Shown one piece after another: positions 46,778 through 57,069 of a stretch of DNA of 64,000 nucleotides. The notes beneath the pieces are model-generated. The model saw nothing but the letters and a program-made list of their open reading frames with translations, did no database searches and had not been told where the DNA came from. Position 1 is the stretch's first letter; each line of letters opens with the position of its first letter. Source of the DNA: a virus (Duplodnaviria > Caudoviricetes); IMG/VR virus record IMGVR_UViG_3300031993_000004, positions 160,001 to 224,000 of that record; one strand, 5' to 3'. Both the position numbers and the translations under genes were made by a program.

Positions 46778-49700
46778 TTATCCCACAGACAGACGTTCGA
46801 TTTGTCTGGGGATACCTTGATCTGGAAAAGCTGCATCATTTCTTGATTGCTTACTTGTCCGTGATTTCGTGGTTGCAGTTTGACCACGCTTCTTACGCTC
46901 ATTCATGAGCTTCAGCATTCCAGCTAACAACGATTCGATCTCTTCAGAACGAATGTTGTACGTGTTCGACATCAATGCATTGATGACGTCTTCGGTGTTT
47001 GTATCAACTGCGTAATTATTCACGACCACCGGAGCTGCTGTTTGATCACCGGATTCTCCCGTATCCAGGAGTTTGTTCAATGTTGTATTAAATCCGGTCG
47101 GTATTGTTGTGATGGTATCACCGCCACCATTCAGGAGAGGACTACTCCACACCCAATCGTTGTTTACTTTTTCTGCCTGTGCATTTGCCCAAGCAATTGC
47201 AGCTTCAACTTGAGCGCGATCCTTTGAGACTTGGGATACAGTTGTTGTAGTTGTTGTTCCCTGATTGTTGGCTGAATTGATGACATTTGTACCATCGTTT
47301 ACTTGAGCCGGTGCAATGTCAGGCCAATGGATTTGACCATTTTTGACATAGATCTTACCAGCGTTCTTGTAATTCTTATAGTACAGATTGCCATCTGTTG
47401 TGTCATATATAACACGATGTGTGTTATGCGATGCTGTCGCTGCATATCCGCCATAACCATTGAAGTCATTGATCAAATCCGTTCGGCTCATCTTATTTGC
47501 ATAAGACGACGAATATGATGAAAAGATTGAACGCCATACTTTACGCAGATCATCAGTAGAGATACCACCAGATGGAATTCCTTCCATATATGTGAATGTA
47601 CTCTGGCTGACTGTTTGCTTTGCAGGAACTTTATCGTCGTTGTCATACTTCTCAATCAGAGCTTTTGCGTTCTTACCAGCTGTCGTAGCTGGATAACTCT
47701 TACTGTCGACATAGATTTCAACGAATTTTCCATTGCGGAAGTTTGCGATATGCTTTGTATACGTATGTTTATCGATCCAATTCTTGTTTGCCATGGCGTT
47801 GTTCGGAACAGGGACATAGTATTCGAACAACTTCTGGCCGGCAGCGTTCCATGCAGTTCCTGTCAGACCGGTTGATTTCTGATCGTACTTTGCTGGAACA
47901 CCATCCGTTTTGTCTTCTTGGACCGTTGCATTATACTGCGCACTTGATGCTGCAGCAGTATTGCTGAATCCAACCTGTTCTGTCAAAGACGATGGCGATA
48001 TAGATGTACCACCATTGTAGCTGATGTTTGATGCGTCACCGCTATCATTGATATATCCTTCGTCAAGCAACCAGTTATACACACCAACCGCAGTACCGAT
48101 ATATTTTCTCGGTCCTTCAATCGTATGAATACACGCTGGAACGAGTGCTCCACGGAAGAAATGCTCGGAACCTTCGATGAGATCTTGTTCGTTCATATAT
48201 GGACCATACAAGTCACCCCATGTCAGTTCCCAACCACTACGACCTGTTGCCGCATTATATGCTTCCAAGTCGGCGGAATCATAATCCGTATGACGTACTT
48301 GCGCACGGAAATCCTTAGAATCTCCGTCGAAGTATGTACGCTGAATATATTGAAGCTGCTCTTCCACAGTATCACCATAATCAACGTTCTTGTCCATCCA
48401 GTTCATGATACCAACTGCTTGTTGGCCATTGTAGTCGTACGTGGTATTCGTCAATGACTTTGAACCCCACAGCTTTTCACCAGCATCTTCCCAGATACCA
48501 GTCGATGTGATGGTTGCAACTTCAGGACCAGTCAAGCCGGCACTGAATGCAGTTTGCATAAACTTCGAAACGCCCGTTTTGTTTTTATGCAGATCCCACA
48601 CATTTCCATCTTCCAATTGACCTGAGAAATCAATCGGGCCATATGGTGCACCAGAACGACCTTCATGCCATTTGAAGAATGTATGCGGGTTATACAGCAT
48701 ACTTCCATCGGATGTTTCGATTTGGTAATGCAGATGAGGACCAGTAGAATTACCAGTATTTCCAACATGACCAATGACGTCACCACCGCTAACCTCGTCA
48801 CCAACTTGCAGACTGGATGGTTCGACCATATGGAAGTACGAGTGAATATCTCCACCAACGTCCTGAATACGAACTGCATTACCGCCGCTTCCATATGGTC
48901 CGGAATAGATGACAACACCATCAGTTGTTGCACGGATTGGTGTTCCCTCTGGACCGTGGAAGTCAGTACCTGTATGTGAAGATCCATCAAGACCGATAAC
49001 CTCTTCATTGGCACCAGTCGTTCCATATTTCTGATATGCGGATGACATACCAGACATACCAGGCATGGTATTTTTCAACCATTCCAGCATTGGAATATTT
49101 GGCCAGTAACCTGCACTGTTCTTCCAGTGTACAGCATCAGAGGTATCAAATACAGATGGAGTATATTCATCGGTGTACAAACGTGCACCGTTATCAGAAT
49201 AGAAGCCTGCATCTTCGTCGGAATCCCAATAATCACCGACCATATCTTGAAGCTTGGAGAAGAATGAACCTTGCTGAACAGCATCATCATATGTTTCCAT
49301 AGACGAGATGAGATCATCAAGCATACCATTCTCGTATTTACCCGTTTCCGGATTATACGTTCCAAGATTTGTATCGATGTAATGTCTGACGGTTCCTTCG
49401 TCGGTTCCGGCTTGTTTCTTGGCAGCTTCTTCAAGTTGTTGCATACCAGCTTGTGTCAAATAACGCTGATATGTTTTCGCTTCTTTGAATCGCTTTTCAT
49501 ACTCAGCATCCGTTTCCTTCTCGAATCTCGGATTTTCTTTCTTGAACAAATCAAATGCTTTTTGTATGAATGAAGTCCGTTCTTCTTCTGTCATATCTCC
49601 GAGGTCATTCATTGTCTTCTGGTAACTTAGCTTATCCTTCTCTTCTTTGAGTTTTGCCTCAACAGAATCATCACCAGTAAACATACCGATGATACCACTG

Positions 49701-52700
49701 ACGAGATCCTTCAATGTTGACAACTTGTCTTGGACTTCGTCTGAGAATTGGAATCCGGCATCACCAGAGCCGTAGATGTTGTATCCACCAGCAGGTACAT
49801 CTCCAGATCCATACAGACCTGCAACAGAGTTTGCTGCGAGCGACGAGATAGAACGTCTTTCGATGCGTCCATTCATCGGATTCGACACGAATGCCGTTCC
49901 ACCAGACGAACCGATGACATTCATAAAGTGGTTATTACCCTTACGCGTTGTAAAGTCTGTACCAGAGCCAATGATTGTGATTGGATTATGCGGGGATGCA
50001 TACTTCAGCGATGCAGGTGTTACACCGCCAGCACGCAGATTCATACCCATTGAACCAGCTGTACTCATGAAACCAGATACAGATGTACCCAGATTCGGGC
50101 TGTATGCACCAGAAGATGCCATAGCCGTCGTCAAGCCACGTGCATTAACAGAATTTCCGGAGCGTCTGGCATATGCATCGGCCAATGCAATTGGTCCACA
50201 TCCACGCGAACCCATATTCATGTAGTTGCCAAAACGATTCTGGTTCGCTCCGGCACCACCATACATGGAAAGTACATCGCCGTTACCATAAATGATACCA
50301 TCCATTGGAGAACCATTCAAGGTTTCAACGACACCTTCTCTGTAGCTTGTTGTTCTTTCCTCTTCAGTGCTTTCTTCCTTATCACTAATACCCAGAATAT
50401 TCGAAGCAGTCGATTTAAGCAGTGACAAACTGCCAGCAAGACCAGCTTTTACATTTCCTGCACCGGCAGTCATGAGTTCCTTACCGGATTCAGCAATCTT
50501 CTTACCAGTGCTAGAAAGTCCAGGTGCACCAAAGAGTTTCGCAATTGCACCGATACCAACCAATGTGTTACCAAGCACCGTCAGAATAGCACCAAATCCA
50601 ACTTGAATAAGGCCTGTAATCTGTTGGAGCGAGTATCCAACACCTTGGAGAATCGGAACAACAACTGTTTGGAGAATTGCAGTCAGCGGAACAATCAAGA
50701 CATTGATCAAATCCGTCAACATATCGAGAATCGGTTTCAAGATATCGAGCATCTGTTCAAGCAGAGGTCCGATAGCTTCGAGCAACGGTTGAATGAACTT
50801 GATAACGGATTCAACAATCTCAACAACATATCCAACGATCTGTCTCAGAACGTTTTGGATCGTCTTCATGACCGGTTTGATTGCCTTATACAAAGACTGG
50901 AATGCTTTGTTCAACGGTTGCAATGCCGTCTTCAGCACTTTCATGCCGAGACTCATGATTGCTTTTACAGCTTTCATGGACATGATGACCGTAAGAACCG
51001 CCTGGAGCAATCCGCCCAGAATACTTGTCATACCACCAAGAATCTTACCGATGTCAAAACCGATTCCCTTCTTAGCGGTAGATTGTGTTGTTGGTTGCTG
51101 ATTGATCTCGGAGAGCATCGAACTCGGATCAACCTGCCGTTGCTTTCCAACGTTTTCGTTGATCTCTTCAAGACCATTTCCACCAGTAGTTGCATCGGTG
51201 GTTGTAGATGCAGCCGTTCCACTTGCAGCGGAACCACCGGCCGTTTCTGATTTGCCCGTTAGTTTGTTGATACCTTCTTTGACCACGTCGCCAATACCAG
51301 TGAGCTTCGTAATGATGGTTCCGAACACAGATCCAGTGCCATCTTTACTCTTCAAGATATCGGCAATCGACTTCGTCATTTGGTCAGACAGTGTTTCAGC
51401 TTTCATTTCTTTGTTTGATTTCTTTTTCTCAAACGCAGACATGAAACCTTTACCGAAGTCTGTTTGTTTGAAGCGTTCAACAAAGTTATCCATCGCACGG
51501 GTGATTGCGTTACCCTTCTTGGTCTCTTCTTTTTGTTCAGCAACATCTTCACTAATCTTCGTGAGTTGTGCTTTCAACTCAGGATCAGCAGTTGATGGAC
51601 GGGAGAAGTCTTTTCCTTCACCAATGTCTGACAACACTGACATGTCAACTTTTGATTGGTTCCGGTTGTCATCCAATGCGACCAATGATGCCATCGAGAC
51701 GTCTGTCTTTGGCACCTCAATCGGTTTGGTTGCTGCAATAGGAACTTCATTGATTTCGACCAGTTGACTAGTCAGCTGTTTCAGGTTTCGAGCTTCTTTC
51801 CATCGTCCAACAAGGCCGAGTGATTCATCTGAACCAAAGATACCTTCTTTGATTGCTCGTGCTCCACCAGTGATCCGTTGTCCAGATTGTTTGAAGCTCT
51901 CAATAATTGGTGCAAAGAGTTTCTGACCAAGTGTTGTCAGGAATGTTTTTGCAGATTGTAGCTTTGGGAGAATGAATGTTTTCGCAAGACCAAGAGCCCA
52001 TGTCAGAATCTTACCGAGGCTGGATTGCGCAGGCTTTTTTGTCTCAGCTCTTTGCAGAGTACCCTCAACAACTTTTGCAAGCCGGCTTTTCAGTTTAGGG
52101 TTCTTGATTTGAGAGATCTGCTCCATTAACGGACCAACGTCTTCTTTCGTATCTCCGTCTTGAACAGATGCATTCATCGCAGCCAAAACAGCTTCAGAAA
52201 TCGCTTTATCGTTTTTATCGTCTTCCGATTCACCGAGATTCGCCAACTCCCGTCCTGCCAAGGTCTTGTTGTATTCGATCAAGGCGGTATCAACAGTCGA
52301 CGCTTTCAGAGATGCCATATCAGTTGATATGTTCTCTTTCATTTGGCGAATCGGTTCTAAGACAATATCACGAATAGATTCCATTGTGTTGTGCAATGGA
52401 CTGATGGTAGGTTGTTGACCAGACTGTTCTTGTGTTTGCCCACCAGGTTGTTGTGTCGGTGTAGGTGGTGGTGGTTGCTGATCATCATTGTCTTCCTGTT
52501 CAGATGTGTCAGCTGGTTTTGGTCCAGGGAGTGACAATACACCATTATCAGAAATCAATGGTATTTGTGTTTGTTGAACATGTCGCAACTTCATCTTTGG
52601 GTATCTGGTCTTTCTGGGATTTGCCCAGACATTGATACCGCGATTCAAAATTGCAAATATAGAGGCCAAATAATCAATAGAAGAAGCCGTTACATCACGG

Positions 52701-54433
52701 AACGTCGTACCAATATTACCAATCAACTCAGATTGTTTAATACGTTCACGACGTGCTTGTTTTAGCGCTTCTTCTGATGGACGTGTATTCAGATCAGTGA
52801 TATACTTTGGAACGTCTTTTCGCTTAATATCACCATCTTGAATCCGCTCTTCCCAAGTTCTGTCATCTTTACCTGATGAGGATTTGATATAGCCAGATAC
52901 AACGTTCTCAACCATCTCATCAGATACTTCACCGATGTCATATGTAATTGTCGCTTGCTCCGCATATCGTTTTGCGCGGTTATGCGTATTCAATGCAGCT
53001 TGACGTACAACTCGGGCAAACGCATCACGTGATGGTTTATCAGAAATCAATCGAGACGTTATCAATTGAATGATACGTGTCCAATATGAACGACTCTTCT
53101 TCTGAGAATCATTCATTGTCAACATGTCAATCGCACGTTCGTTAACTTCTGGATCACCACCATTTTCGAATTCAGAGCCTTGTGTTGCATGACCGGTTAC
53201 TCGCATCTCATTGAAAACATACATCGATACGAGAACGCGTTGGGCCATGAATACATCATTCCGATTGATATCAGAATCCGCAGACTCCATCATTTGCTTG
53301 AATCGTTTATGACTGAATCCGCTTTGAATAGTAGAACGGAATGTTCCTTGGAATTCCTGTGGACGTTCCGTCGTAAGACTTCCTTCGGAAGACACGAACA
53401 GGTTCTCACCAGTCAATGCTGCTGTGATACGTCTCAAGTATCCAGGGATGACATCGATAATGGTTTTCCGAGTCATATTATCGAATACAGCTTTGTCACG
53501 GTTGTATTGGTTGTCGATATATGACGAGTAATCTTTGTTCTTTTCACGCGCAGTCAAATCGCCGAACAAATTTTTGAACTTATCCCAGTTCAACAGCTTT
53601 GACAGCAATGTATTCTGCGCGTTATTGACTCTTTCATCAATACTATCTTTGATTTCATTGATGGATTGATTGTCAAGAATCTTGAAATTTTTGTCGTTGA
53701 TCAATCCCATGCCCATACCGAACAATGTTCCAAATGCTTCTGCATGGCTTCCTGCAGTCTGGAACATTGTTGGAACGAATCCTGCAACCATTTTTGCAGA
53801 ATCAACTAATGATGCATAAGGATTGTTCTCTACCAGATAATCAAACGTATTTCCAAGTGTCAAGTTACCGCTGTAATCAAACAGACTCCTCTGACGAGCA
53901 CGTTTGGTTTCCTTGACAGATCCGAGTTCGATAATCTTATCGAGCTTCGAGGAAATCAGTTGCAAAGATGAATTGATATTGCCAAGTGAAGAAAGGATTT
54001 CCGAGGTACGGGTGTTCATCGTGGTGATGATTTCAGACGCAGTCATTGCAGACGCTTCTGTTTGCTTACCCGCAATATTATACAATGAGCTGACGTGTCC
54101 CTTTGTGATATCCTTCATGCTATCATAATCGAGAACACGTGACGCAGGTTCGCCGTCATCGTCGCCGCCGAATTTGAAACCGGCATCAAAATCGTCGTCA
54201 TCATTTTCGAACGATGATCCCTCACCAACTTCTGTACCACGACGGAAGAACCAGTCTGTCACTTTCTTGATACCACCGGAGTTTCGCATCTCACGATACT
54301 TATCTTGAGCAGTACGCGCGCCGCCCATAATCGCATCACGTATGCTATCAGCATCCGATTTCAAATCAGTCAGAGAGTCGGGAGCTGCAGCTGAAATGAA
54401 TCCTTTTGTGAAATCTTTAAACCCATTTGCCAT
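46778..54433 (-). CDS. Giant tape-measure-like virion protein with C39-like peptidase, M23 peptidase and lysozyme-like domains
   Basis: GCGPIALA...NHFMNV...SNP (C39-like); HTGTDF, YFHM, GNTGNSTGPHLHY (M23); TGIWED...GIMNW...QLQYI (phage tail lysozyme-like); tape-measure-type amphipathic repeats. Confidence 0.8.
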   Translation of the reverse strand: MANGFKDFTKGFISAAAPDSLTDLKSDADSIRDAIMGGARTAQDKYREMRNSGGIKKVTDWFFRRGTEVGEGSSFENDDDDFDAGFKFGGDDDGEPASRVLDYDSMKDITKGHVSSLYNIAGKQTEASAMTASEIITTMNTRTSEILSSLGNINSSLQLISSKLDKIIELGSVKETKRARQRSLFDYSGNLTLGNTFDYLVENNPYASLVDSAKMVAGFVPTMFQTAGSHAEAFGTLFGMGMGLINDKNFKILDNQSINEIKDSIDERVNNAQNTLLSKLLNWDKFKNLFGDLTAREKNKDYSSYIDNQYNRDKAVFDNMTRKTIIDVIPGYLRRITAALTGENLFVSSEGSLTTERPQEFQGTFRSTIQSGFSHKRFKQMMESADSDINRNDVFMAQRVLVSMYVFNEMRVTGHATQGSEFENGGDPEVNERAIDMLTMNDSQKKSRSYWTRIIQLITSRLISDKPSRDAFARVVRQAALNTHNRAKRYAEQATITYDIGEVSDEMVENVVSGYIKSSSGKDDRTWEERIQDGDIKRKDVPKYITDLNTRPSEEALKQARRERIKQSELIGNIGTTFRDVTASSIDYLASIFAILNRGINVWANPRKTRYPKMKLRHVQQTQIPLISDNGVLSLPGPKPADTSEQEDNDDQQPPPPTPTQQPGGQTQEQSGQQPTISPLHNTMESIRDIVLEPIRQMKENISTDMASLKASTVDTALIEYNKTLAGRELANLGESEDDKNDKAISEAVLAAMNASVQDGDTKEDVGPLMEQISQIKNPKLKSRLAKVVEGTLQRAETKKPAQSSLGKILTWALGLAKTFILPKLQSAKTFLTTLGQKLFAPIIESFKQSGQRITGGARAIKEGIFGSDESLGLVGRWKEARNLKQLTSQLVEINEVPIAATKPIEVPKTDVSMASLVALDDNRNQSKVDMSVLSDIGEGKDFSRPSTADPELKAQLTKISEDVAEQKEETKKGNAITRAMDNFVERFKQTDFGKGFMSAFEKKKSNKEMKAETLSDQMTKSIADILKSKDGTGSVFGTIITKLTGIGDVVKEGINKLTGKSETAGGSAASGTAASTTTDATTGGNGLEEINENVGKQRQVDPSSMLSEINQQPTTQSTAKKGIGFDIGKILGGMTSILGGLLQAVLTVIMSMKAVKAIMSLGMKVLKTALQPLNKAFQSLYKAIKPVMKTIQNVLRQIVGYVVEIVESVIKFIQPLLEAIGPLLEQMLDILKPILDMLTDLINVLIVPLTAILQTVVVPILQGVGYSLQQITGLIQVGFGAILTVLGNTLVGIGAIAKLFGAPGLSSTGKKIAESGKELMTAGAGNVKAGLAGSLSLLKSTASNILGISDKEESTEEERTTSYREGVVETLNGSPMDGIIYGNGDVLSMYGGAGANQNRFGNYMNMGSRGCGPIALADAYARRSGNSVNARGLTTAMASSGAYSPNLGTSVSGFMSTAGSMGMNLRAGGVTPASLKYASPHNPITIIGSGTDFTTRKGNNHFMNVIGSSGGTAFVSNPMNGRIERRSISSLAANSVAGLYGSGDVPAGGYNIYGSGDAGFQFSDEVQDKLSTLKDLVSGIIGMFTGDDSVEAKLKEEKDKLSYQKTMNDLGDMTEEERTSFIQKAFDLFKKENPRFEKETDAEYEKRFKEAKTYQRYLTQAGMQQLEEAAKKQAGTDEGTVRHYIDTNLGTYNPETGKYENGMLDDLISSMETYDDAVQQGSFFSKLQDMVGDYWDSDEDAGFYSDNGARLYTDEYTPSVFDTSDAVHWKNSAGYWPNIPMLEWLKNTMPGMSGMSSAYQKYGTTGANEEVIGLDGSSHTGTDFHGPEGTPIRATTDGVVIYSGPYGSGGNAVRIQDVGGDIHSYFHMVEPSSLQVGDEVSGGDVIGHVGNTGNSTGPHLHYQIETSDGSMLYNPHTFFKWHEGRSGAPYGPIDFSGQLEDGNVWDLHKNKTGVSKFMQTAFSAGLTGPEVATITSTGIWEDAGEKLWGSKSLTNTTYDYNGQQAVGIMNWMDKNVDYGDTVEEQLQYIQRTYFDGDSKDFRAQVRHTDYDSADLEAYNAATGRSGWELTWGDLYGPYMNEQDLIEGSEHFFRGALVPACIHTIEGPRKYIGTAVGVYNWLLDEGYINDSGDASNISYNGGTSISPSSLTEQVGFSNTAAASSAQYNATVQEDKTDGVPAKYDQKSTGLTGTAWNAAGQKLFEYYVPVPNNAMANKNWIDKHTYTKHIANFRNGKFVEIYVDSKSYPATTAGKNAKALIEKYDNDDKVPAKQTVSQSTFTYMEGIPSGGISTDDLRKVWRSIFSSYSSSYANKMSRTDLINDFNGYGGYAATASHNTHRVIYDTTDGNLYYKNYKNAGKIYVKNGQIHWPDIAPAQVNDGTNVINSANNQGTTTTTTVSQVSKDRAQVEAAIAWANAQAEKVNNDWVWSSPLLNGGGDTITTIPTGFNTTLNKLLDTGESGDQTAAPVVVNNYAVDTNTEDVINALMSNTYNIRSEEIESLLAGMLKLMNERKKRGQTATTKSRTSKQSRNDAAFPDQGIPRQIERLSVG

Positions 54434-54476
54434 ATATCAATTTCACCCCTTTCAATATATGATAATACCAAAAGAT

Positions 54477-54502
54477 ATGTGTGGGCCCAAGAGCCCACAC
54501 AT
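54477..54502 (-). terminator. Hairpin terminator
   Basis: ATGTGTGGGC/GCCCACACAT, followed by ATCTTTT on the minus strand. Confidence 0.7.
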
Positions 54503-54524
54503 CATCTCTTAGTTTGTTTTCGAA

Positions 54525-55286
54525 TCAGAAGAATGTGATCAGGTCAATGTCATCGAAATGAAATGTTCCTGTCCACTCTTTTACCAGAGCTTTTCGTTCT
54601 TCCTCAGCTCCAGACCAAGATGAGATATCCAGTTGGCTATCTTTGAATGCACCACCTGTATGGATCATGTTCTTCAGTTTGTTGTAAAGTGTACGTTGCA
54701 CATCCAACGTTGCAAGTTGAATAAACGATTCACGACAAGATTCCGGAATGGTTTCCAGAGAAGGATCATGATCACACTTTGCAATGAAGTGCACGAAACC
54801 ATCATCAGGATGATCATACAATTTGATCTTGTTGAATCCCAACCACTCAGAAGTTTGAGGGCGAGATGTGACACCTGCGTATTTATTAATCGCAGCGCCA
54901 GTCATGGTTGCGTTCAGAATATCCTGCGGATAATATGAACCGAAACCAACGAATGGTGAACCAACTGTGAACGAATTCGCAGCAACTGCTTGTCCGCCAT
55001 CTAATTGAGCTGTTGTAAGATATGCATCAGCCCAACTGACATGAGTACGGGTCAAATCAGGAGGCAGAATATAGATGCCTTGCTTTCTGGCAAATTCACT
55101 TGGTGATTGCAGATCCTTGATCGCTGCATCGGATTCACGGATCCACGGTTTGAATTGTGAGAAGGTGTGGACAGATGTTTTGATAATTTCCGCCAACACC
55201 ACCTCAGTGGGTTTATCAAATGGCAATGCGATTGTTTCCAATCCACATGGTTCTTTGATATCTTGAATGACTTCGGAAATATTCAA
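54525..55286 (-). CDS. Putative head-completion/neck protein
   Basis: Size, position in the head operon and motifs TFSQFKP...TIPESCRESFIQLATLDV resemble jumbo-phage neck (T4 gp13-like) proteins. TTG start with RBS GGAGGTG. Confidence 0.5.
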   Translation of the reverse strand: MNISEVIQDIKEPCGLETIALPFDKPTEVVLAEIIKTSVHTFSQFKPWIRESDAAIKDLQSPSEFARKQGIYILPPDLTRTHVSWADAYLTTAQLDGGQAVAANSFTVGSPFVGFGSYYPQDILNATMTGAAINKYAGVTSRPQTSEWLGFNKIKLYDHPDDGFVHFIAKCDHDPSLETIPESCRESFIQLATLDVQRTLYNKLKNMIHTGGAFKDSQLDISSWSGAEEERKALVKEWTGTFHFDDIDLITFF

Positions 55287-55306
55287 GCCTCACACCTCCT
55301 CATTCG

Positions 55307-55489
55307 TCAATCGATACCGGGACGTGCAAGAATGCTTCCGATTGTTGGTGGCGGTGGATTGTTTTCCTGTACGGTATTTACACCGCCATCGTTTGAGCAC
55401 GACGAACACCACTGATCAAACAGGGTGTTCGTCGTTTCAGCAAACGTTTTGCATGCATTGCATGCTTCTTGATTGAACAATGTGTCCAT
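55307..55489 (-). CDS. Small Cys-containing hypothetical protein
   Basis: Fills the gap exactly between two genes; CxxC twice; contains QEA and VQE motifs; RBS not evident. Confidence 0.45.
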   Translation of the reverse strand: MDTLFNQEACNACKTFAETTNTLFDQWCSSCSNDGGVNTVQENNPPPPTIGSILARPGID

Positions 55490-55491
55490 GA

Positions 55492-56466
55492 TCAGAAGGT
55501 GGTCTTCTTACCGTACTCGCGGGCCACCTCATCCTCGGTACCCTTGTGACGGTCAATCTTAGCGGGCTTTTCGCCCTCGACACCCTTCAGGTCCTTCTTG
55601 ACAGCGATATACGCATCAAGGACCTTCTGAGTACCGTTGGAGACCAGCTTCAGAACTTCGCCGACTTTCTGAGAAGCACTCTTCAGCTTATCGACTTCAG
55701 CAGCGGTCAGTGCATAATTTGCATCGACGTTGCCTTCCTTGCGACGTGCAGCAAGCTTCTTTTCAAGAGCCTTTCTCTGCTGTTCGCATGCCTTAGCCAG
55801 CTTCTTCAGTGACTTAATGCACGCGCCAGCGCCCTCGAACGGCGTTTCAGAAGTTCTCTTCCGCTTGCATTCCTTCAGCATTCTGTCGAACATGTTGTTC
55901 CACTTATCCGGTGTGAACTGCTCGCCAACGATATCATACGAATTGATGATGGTATCAATTTCATCGTATGCAATTGTCGGCCACTGGACAAGCTGCCACG
56001 GCTCGCCAACAGCGGCAAACGTGCAACCATGCTGCTTCAGAACAGCGATGGTCTTCGTATTCTCCTTGGAAACAGTCATGTTCTTGATGACGAGAGAACC
56101 GATCTTACGCTGGAGGAAGTTTGCGATCGAAGACAGGAAGCCCTTGATTGCGTCGAGCAGCTTCAGAGGAAGATCCTTAGCCTTCTCGAGAATCGTGGAG
56201 AACTTACCACCCTTCTTCGCAGCCGCGCCATCACCAGCATCAGCCGCAGGAGCTTCTTCAGCAGACGCTTCGGCCTTTTCCTTCTTTGCCTCCTGGATGA
56301 CAATGCCGTCGAACTCGAGCTCATTCTTGGACTCGGTCATGATCTGGACAGACTTGACGTAGGTATCAGCCAGTGCACAGAGCACATCACACTCTGCAAA
56401 CAGCTGGGAAGTCTCGAGCTGATCGAGAGAATCGAGCACAGCTTCCTGAACCATTTCATTAGTCAT
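55492..56466 (-). CDS. Abundant internal head protein with propeptide
   Basis: MVQE-A and VIQE-A putative cleavage sites, acidic propeptide then basic body; strong codon bias; RBS AAGGAG. Confidence 0.6.
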   Translation of the reverse strand: MTNEMVQEAVLDSLDQLETSQLFAECDVLCALADTYVKSVQIMTESKNELEFDGIVIQEAKKEKAEASAEEAPAADAGDGAAAKKGGKFSTILEKAKDLPLKLLDAIKGFLSSIANFLQRKIGSLVIKNMTVSKENTKTIAVLKQHGCTFAAVGEPWQLVQWPTIAYDEIDTIINSYDIVGEQFTPDKWNNMFDRMLKECKRKRTSETPFEGAGACIKSLKKLAKACEQQRKALEKKLAARRKEGNVDANYALTAAEVDKLKSASQKVGEVLKLVSNGTQKVLDAYIAVKKDLKGVEGEKPAKIDRHKGTEDEVAREYGKKTTF

Positions 56467-56471
56467 GATAA

Positions 56472-57068
56472 TTACACTCCTTCGTTAGAATTTTTGTATT
56501 GATCGAGTCGATGCATCACCGGGGTGTTGGTATCCCAGAAATGAACCCGATCTTTGACAGGTGCGCATTTCGGATTGACCCTCGAAGTCTTCGTGGCCAA
56601 CCAGAGATACAATGACATATCGTCATGATAGACTTTCGCCAGCTTGTTGAACTGGTTGCGAGTCATCGTGGCAAGAGCGGTGGAATCGACGCCGGGATGT
56701 TTCTCCAACATAGATTCCATAACCACTTTAAGTCGTTGTGTCCCTTCAATGAATGATTCATTGATTGACGTCATATCAGCCAGAGTGATCTGATGACGAT
56801 AGGGATCATTGACTCCAGTGTTTGCGAACATTGTATCATAGTACTTCTTGGTGGCGGTAATGAGTTTGCCATCGTATTTGTCAGTACCTTCATCTTTATA
56901 GGAAGCGAATCCTTCCAGGAATGCGCACATCTCCTGAAGGATTTTCCCATAATTCATTGATGTGTACATCACATCATCATCCGGACGAATGAATCTTGAA
57001 TTCGTTTTGGCAACGTCTTCAAACATCGTCCGGTACTCACAGACAATTTGTTCAATTTCTTTTGCCAT
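56472..57068 (-). CDS. Hypothetical protein (head operon)
   Basis: Tightly packed; RBS AAGGAA. Confidence 0.75.
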   Translation of the reverse strand: MAKEIEQIVCEYRTMFEDVAKTNSRFIRPDDDVMYTSMNYGKILQEMCAFLEGFASYKDEGTDKYDGKLITATKKYYDTMFANTGVNDPYRHQITLADMTSINESFIEGTQRLKVVMESMLEKHPGVDSTALATMTRNQFNKLAKVYHDDMSLYLWLATKTSRVNPKCAPVKDRVHFWDTNTPVMHRLDQYKNSNEGV

Positions 57069-57069
57069 A

